Below the pieces are notes generated by a model, which saw nothing but the letters and a program-made list of their open reading frames with translations, was not told the origin of the DNA and did not search any database. A stretch of DNA of 23,047 bases from assembly GCF_000143415.4 (NCBI RefSeq), contig NW_003314361.1, positions 494,646-517,692 on the forward strand. The letters run 5' to 3'. The stretch is from Selaginella moellendorffii (taxonomy: Eukaryota > Plantae > Lycopodiophyta). This document shows, in pieces, positions 19,519 to 23,047 of the stretch (within the stretch, counting starts at the first letter, position 1; each line of letters opens with the position of its first letter). A program made the position numbers and the translations under genes.

Positions 19519-22179
19519 TCAAACAGAGATATGGATGATGGTGAAAGAATGAAAAATGCAAGATAGGCATCTAAAAGTAAATATGCACAATGTTACTGAG
19601 AGTGATTGGTGATGGATCTGTGAATGTAGATGATATGGAATATATATGGGGAATGTGTGGAGTAGAGTAATGGTAAGGGAAGGGCCAAAGAACCTGGAAT
19701 ATAGCCTAGGCCAAGTGAAGAACATCCATACAAATAGCAATGCAGCTTGAGCACAAAATCCAAGGCAAGAGCCATGGTCCAATGGAGAAACACCCTCTGA
19801 AATAAGAAAAGAAATTGTGAAAGTAAAGTGAAAGAAAGGAAGTAAATGAAAAAGAAGAGAAAAGGAATGCCTCACCGGATGAAGCGTTTGAGGAGAGTGG
19901 TTGTGAGCATGTGAGAATTCATATCCATTAGCATTTACTAGCACATATACTCCACCTCTAATATATCATTGGACAAAGTAGGGGCTAGTCCAGTGAGGAG
20001 ATAATTTCAAAGTTGGCGAAGGAGAGAATGCTGTTGTTGAACTTGGGGCCTTCATCCCTTGCTCTCTCTACTTTTGATGCTTTGAGCATGTGATCTCCAA
20101 TACAAGGACTAAAGCCAAGTATTCTACTAGTGAGGGAAGATCCTCCATTGAAGTTGAGTCCAAGTCTGGGCTGAATCTTCAATGCAATATGCTTGGATCT
20201 ATACTAGGGGCTCCACAGTAGAAAACTCTGAATTTAAAGAACTATAATTTGCATACAACATATCTGATTAGCTTGATTTTTGCTGCCAGCTGTTTGCCTG
20301 GATGTTACCCTTTGTCTCCAAAAAATGGCATGACAAAATATGCCCAAAGTCGTCAGCTAAAGTGATTTTCGTGGGAAAATGCTGGCTGTATGACACCTTA
20401 GATAGTTGTTGAAGAAAACTGAATTCAATTGTATAGAAGTTCATCCTCAATTAAGAAACACTCCAAAAAGTTGGATATGGAAGTTGGCACAATGTAAGCC
20501 TTGCCATCAAATAAAGAGGGCATGGCTAGAGGCTTGGCCTTACTCTCAGATAAAGAGAGTGAGGCTAAGAGATGTCCAGAGCTGTCTAATTCACCTCTAA
20601 CAATGTTGATCACATTGTATGAGAAAGCATCCATTGCATAAATGGTCGACCCCACTACCAACTAAGGGAAAATCCCTATGAGCTCAGGAGGAAAGTGTGG
20701 TGTGGAGACAATCTTAGTTTGAGCCTTTTAGACATGCTAAAAAAGAGCTCAACCATGGGTGTTGAGAAAGGTGGCACTATAGATTCTATCATTGATTTCC
20801 ATCTTGCCTTTTGCACTGTCAATAGTGCAATGGGCTGTGACTTGCCACGAGTGGCTGAGGATGATAGAATCCTTCAAAGAGGACTTTACAAAATACTAGT
20901 AGTCAACCACAAGAAAATCTACCTCAGAAATAACACCTTGCATTGAGACCTTGACACTATAGCAAATGCCCGTTGGAGGAACAATGTGATTGGTGAAGGT
21001 CTTGAGCACGATGGAGGAGCTTTCAATGATCTATAGCTGTGTTGAAAGGGCAGCTTCAAAAGAGATAATGTTGCTTCCAGAACCAGAGTAAACCAAAGCA
21101 TCCATCTTGGAAGAGAAAGTACAAATCTGCACCAAGACAAAGAATGAACCAAGATCTCCACCATATCTTGTTATGTCGATAATGTACACCTCTTGAGGAA
21201 TTTTAATAAGGGTGCTTTGTGGTGTTTCTGACCATGCAGACTCCTCCAAACACTGATTGAATCCAAGGACAAGGCACAACATTTCTCAGAGTGAAAAGGT
21301 GACAGGAGTGTCAACTAGTTGCTAAAGAACTAATTCCAAAACATAAATAGCTATTGATGAAATCCCAGGAGGAGAAGAGAGTAGTGACTTGAAAAGGAGC
21401 TTACAAGCCACCCTTTGTGTCACTGGATTTGGTGCAAACAAAGATTCACTCTCAACCAATGCCAGGGGATCCATGACAAGTTGAGCAGCCGCCTTCTCTN
21501 NNNNNNNNNNNNNNNNNNNNNNNNNNNNNNNNNNNNNNNNNNNNNNNNNNNNNNNNNNNNNNNNNNNNNNNNNNNNNNNNNNNNNNNNNNNNNNNNNNNN
21601 NNNNNNNNNNNNNNNNNNNNNNNNNNNNNNNNNNNNNNNNNNNNNNNNNNNNNNNNNNNNNNNNNNNNNNNNNNNNNNNNNNNNNNNNNNNNNNNNNNNN
21701 NNNNNNNNNNNNNNNNNNNNNNNNNNNNNNNNNNNNNNNNNNNNNNNNNNNNNNNNNNNNNNNNNNNNNNNNNNNNNNNNNNNNNNNNNNNNNNNNNNNN
21801 NNNNNNNNNNNNNNNNNNNNNNNNNNNNNNNNNNNNNNNNNNNNNNNNNNNNNNNNNNNNNNNNNNNNNNNNNNNNNNNNNNNNNNNNNNNNNNNNNNNN
21901 NNNNNNNNNNNNNNNNNNNNNNNNNNNNNNNNNNNNNNNNNNNNNNNNNNNNNNNNNATTCCATTGGGTAATTACTTTTACATGAACTTGATCCCTGGCA
22001 ATCCCTTGCTTGATTGAAATTTCTCCTTCAAGCAACTCTGCATGCGAGTAACCAAAAACATCAAGCCAAGATTTATCACAGAGAGAAAGCACAAGCTCCC
22101 TAGATAGCTTCATTTGGCTATAGTCAAACTATTCATTGCTGGACAAGATTTCTTACACATGCTCATTTTTCTTAGGCAT
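19519..22179 (-). mobile_element. Degenerate Ty3/gypsy retrotransposon polyprotein relic (aspartic protease and integrase GPY/F tail; no RT recognisable)
   Basis: One frame with many stops. DALVYSGSGSNII (21064-21102; ALVDSG with D>Y) and IILSHSW (IILGRPW-like) mark a retropepsin. KLSPHWTSPYFV...GGVYVL (19975-20007) is a GPY/F motif. Interrupted by gap 21500-21957. Confidence 0.72.
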
Positions 22180-23047
22180 TTTTACTGTTTATAGGCAAAA
22201 CACTTAGTGTTATATGACTGGGAGATGTAGTGTAGTGCCGATAGAGGTGCCCAAGTGAGATCTTGTGTCAACAGCACTTCAAAAGTGGAGTCAATAGTTT
22301 GTGGCGGTGGCATAAGGACAAGATCAGTCTACCCAATTGAGGGTGTCACTACTACCCACTGGTAATAGTAAAAACCATTTAGTTAATCAAGTAGATATGC
22401 ACAACTTATTAATAACATATAAAAGAATTTTATGGTCAGTAAAGACAATTACTTTTGTTACTAAAAGATAATACCTAAATTTTTGTAGAGCATAAACTAC
22501 GACTAAAACCTCTTTTTTAGTTATTGTGTAATTATGCTTAACAAGATTTAAGCATTTATGTAGCGCACCCTATCTCTCTCCCCTTAAGCCAACTAAAAAA
22601 GGGGCAATTGCTTGATGAGAGAGCCCTTAGTGGCTATTTTATCCCCATTTATCCCCTAAGGTTCCAAGGATCCATGGTGACAGTATATCCAAATCTTATT
22701 TCATGATCACATGCGATACAATCTACTATCATAATAGATAAGATGATCTTTTTGATCACTGTATATCTTGAACAATATTGCATTTGTGGCAATATAAAAA
22801 ATATTCATCTGTAAGTGATATTCTTTTATTCAATCTAGATTAACAAGTATAGGTATTTTTTTTAGGTATTGTTTAAACTTTAAATATGCTTCTCTACAAT
22901 TTTCATTTCATATAAATGGAGTATCTTTCTTTAAAAGATTAGTAAATGGCTTAACTATCTTTGCATAAACTTTTATAAATCATTTATGATAACTAGTTTT
23001 ACCTAATAAGTAATGAAGACTTTTTATATCATATGGTGAAGATATTA

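Noticed and set aside
22180-23047. 5' LTR/PBS of the gypsy relic, and a weak hairpin at ~22560-22637
   Set aside because: No similarity to the candidate LTR at 18113-18326, no convincing tRNA-complementary PBS, and the hairpin pairing is too loose to support.

Overview
Eukaryotic, almost certainly land-plant DNA. Very short (about 47-80 nt) GT-AG introns, dense genes, telo-boxes, a PPR fragment and a B-lectin suggest a Selaginella-like compact genome (inference). There are three zones. (1) 1-9057: a decayed ~9 kb Mutator-like (MULE) DNA transposon with a short terminal inverted repeat pair. It holds two divergent, intron-containing pseudogenes: a DDE/CxxH/SWIM transposase (+) and a cargo gene (-) encoding a ParB/Srx-like domain plus a prokaryotic-type beta-class N6/N4 DNA methyltransferase. 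The likely first intron of the cargo gene contains six spaced copies of a 34-bp palindrome. The element appears to have inserted into a SAM-like/P-loop NTPase gene. (2) 9991-15737: five tightly packed host genes: a secreted B-lectin, a C2H2-like protein, a TMEM230-like protein, a RING-FYVE-SYLF protein and a conserved plant protein of unknown function. (3) ~16000-23047: AT-rich DNA with a Ty3/gypsy relic (protease and GPY/F motif, no RT). There are four assembly gaps (5115-5439, 11114-11213, 17865-17964, 21500-21957). All translations and splice models were made by eye; no database searches were run.
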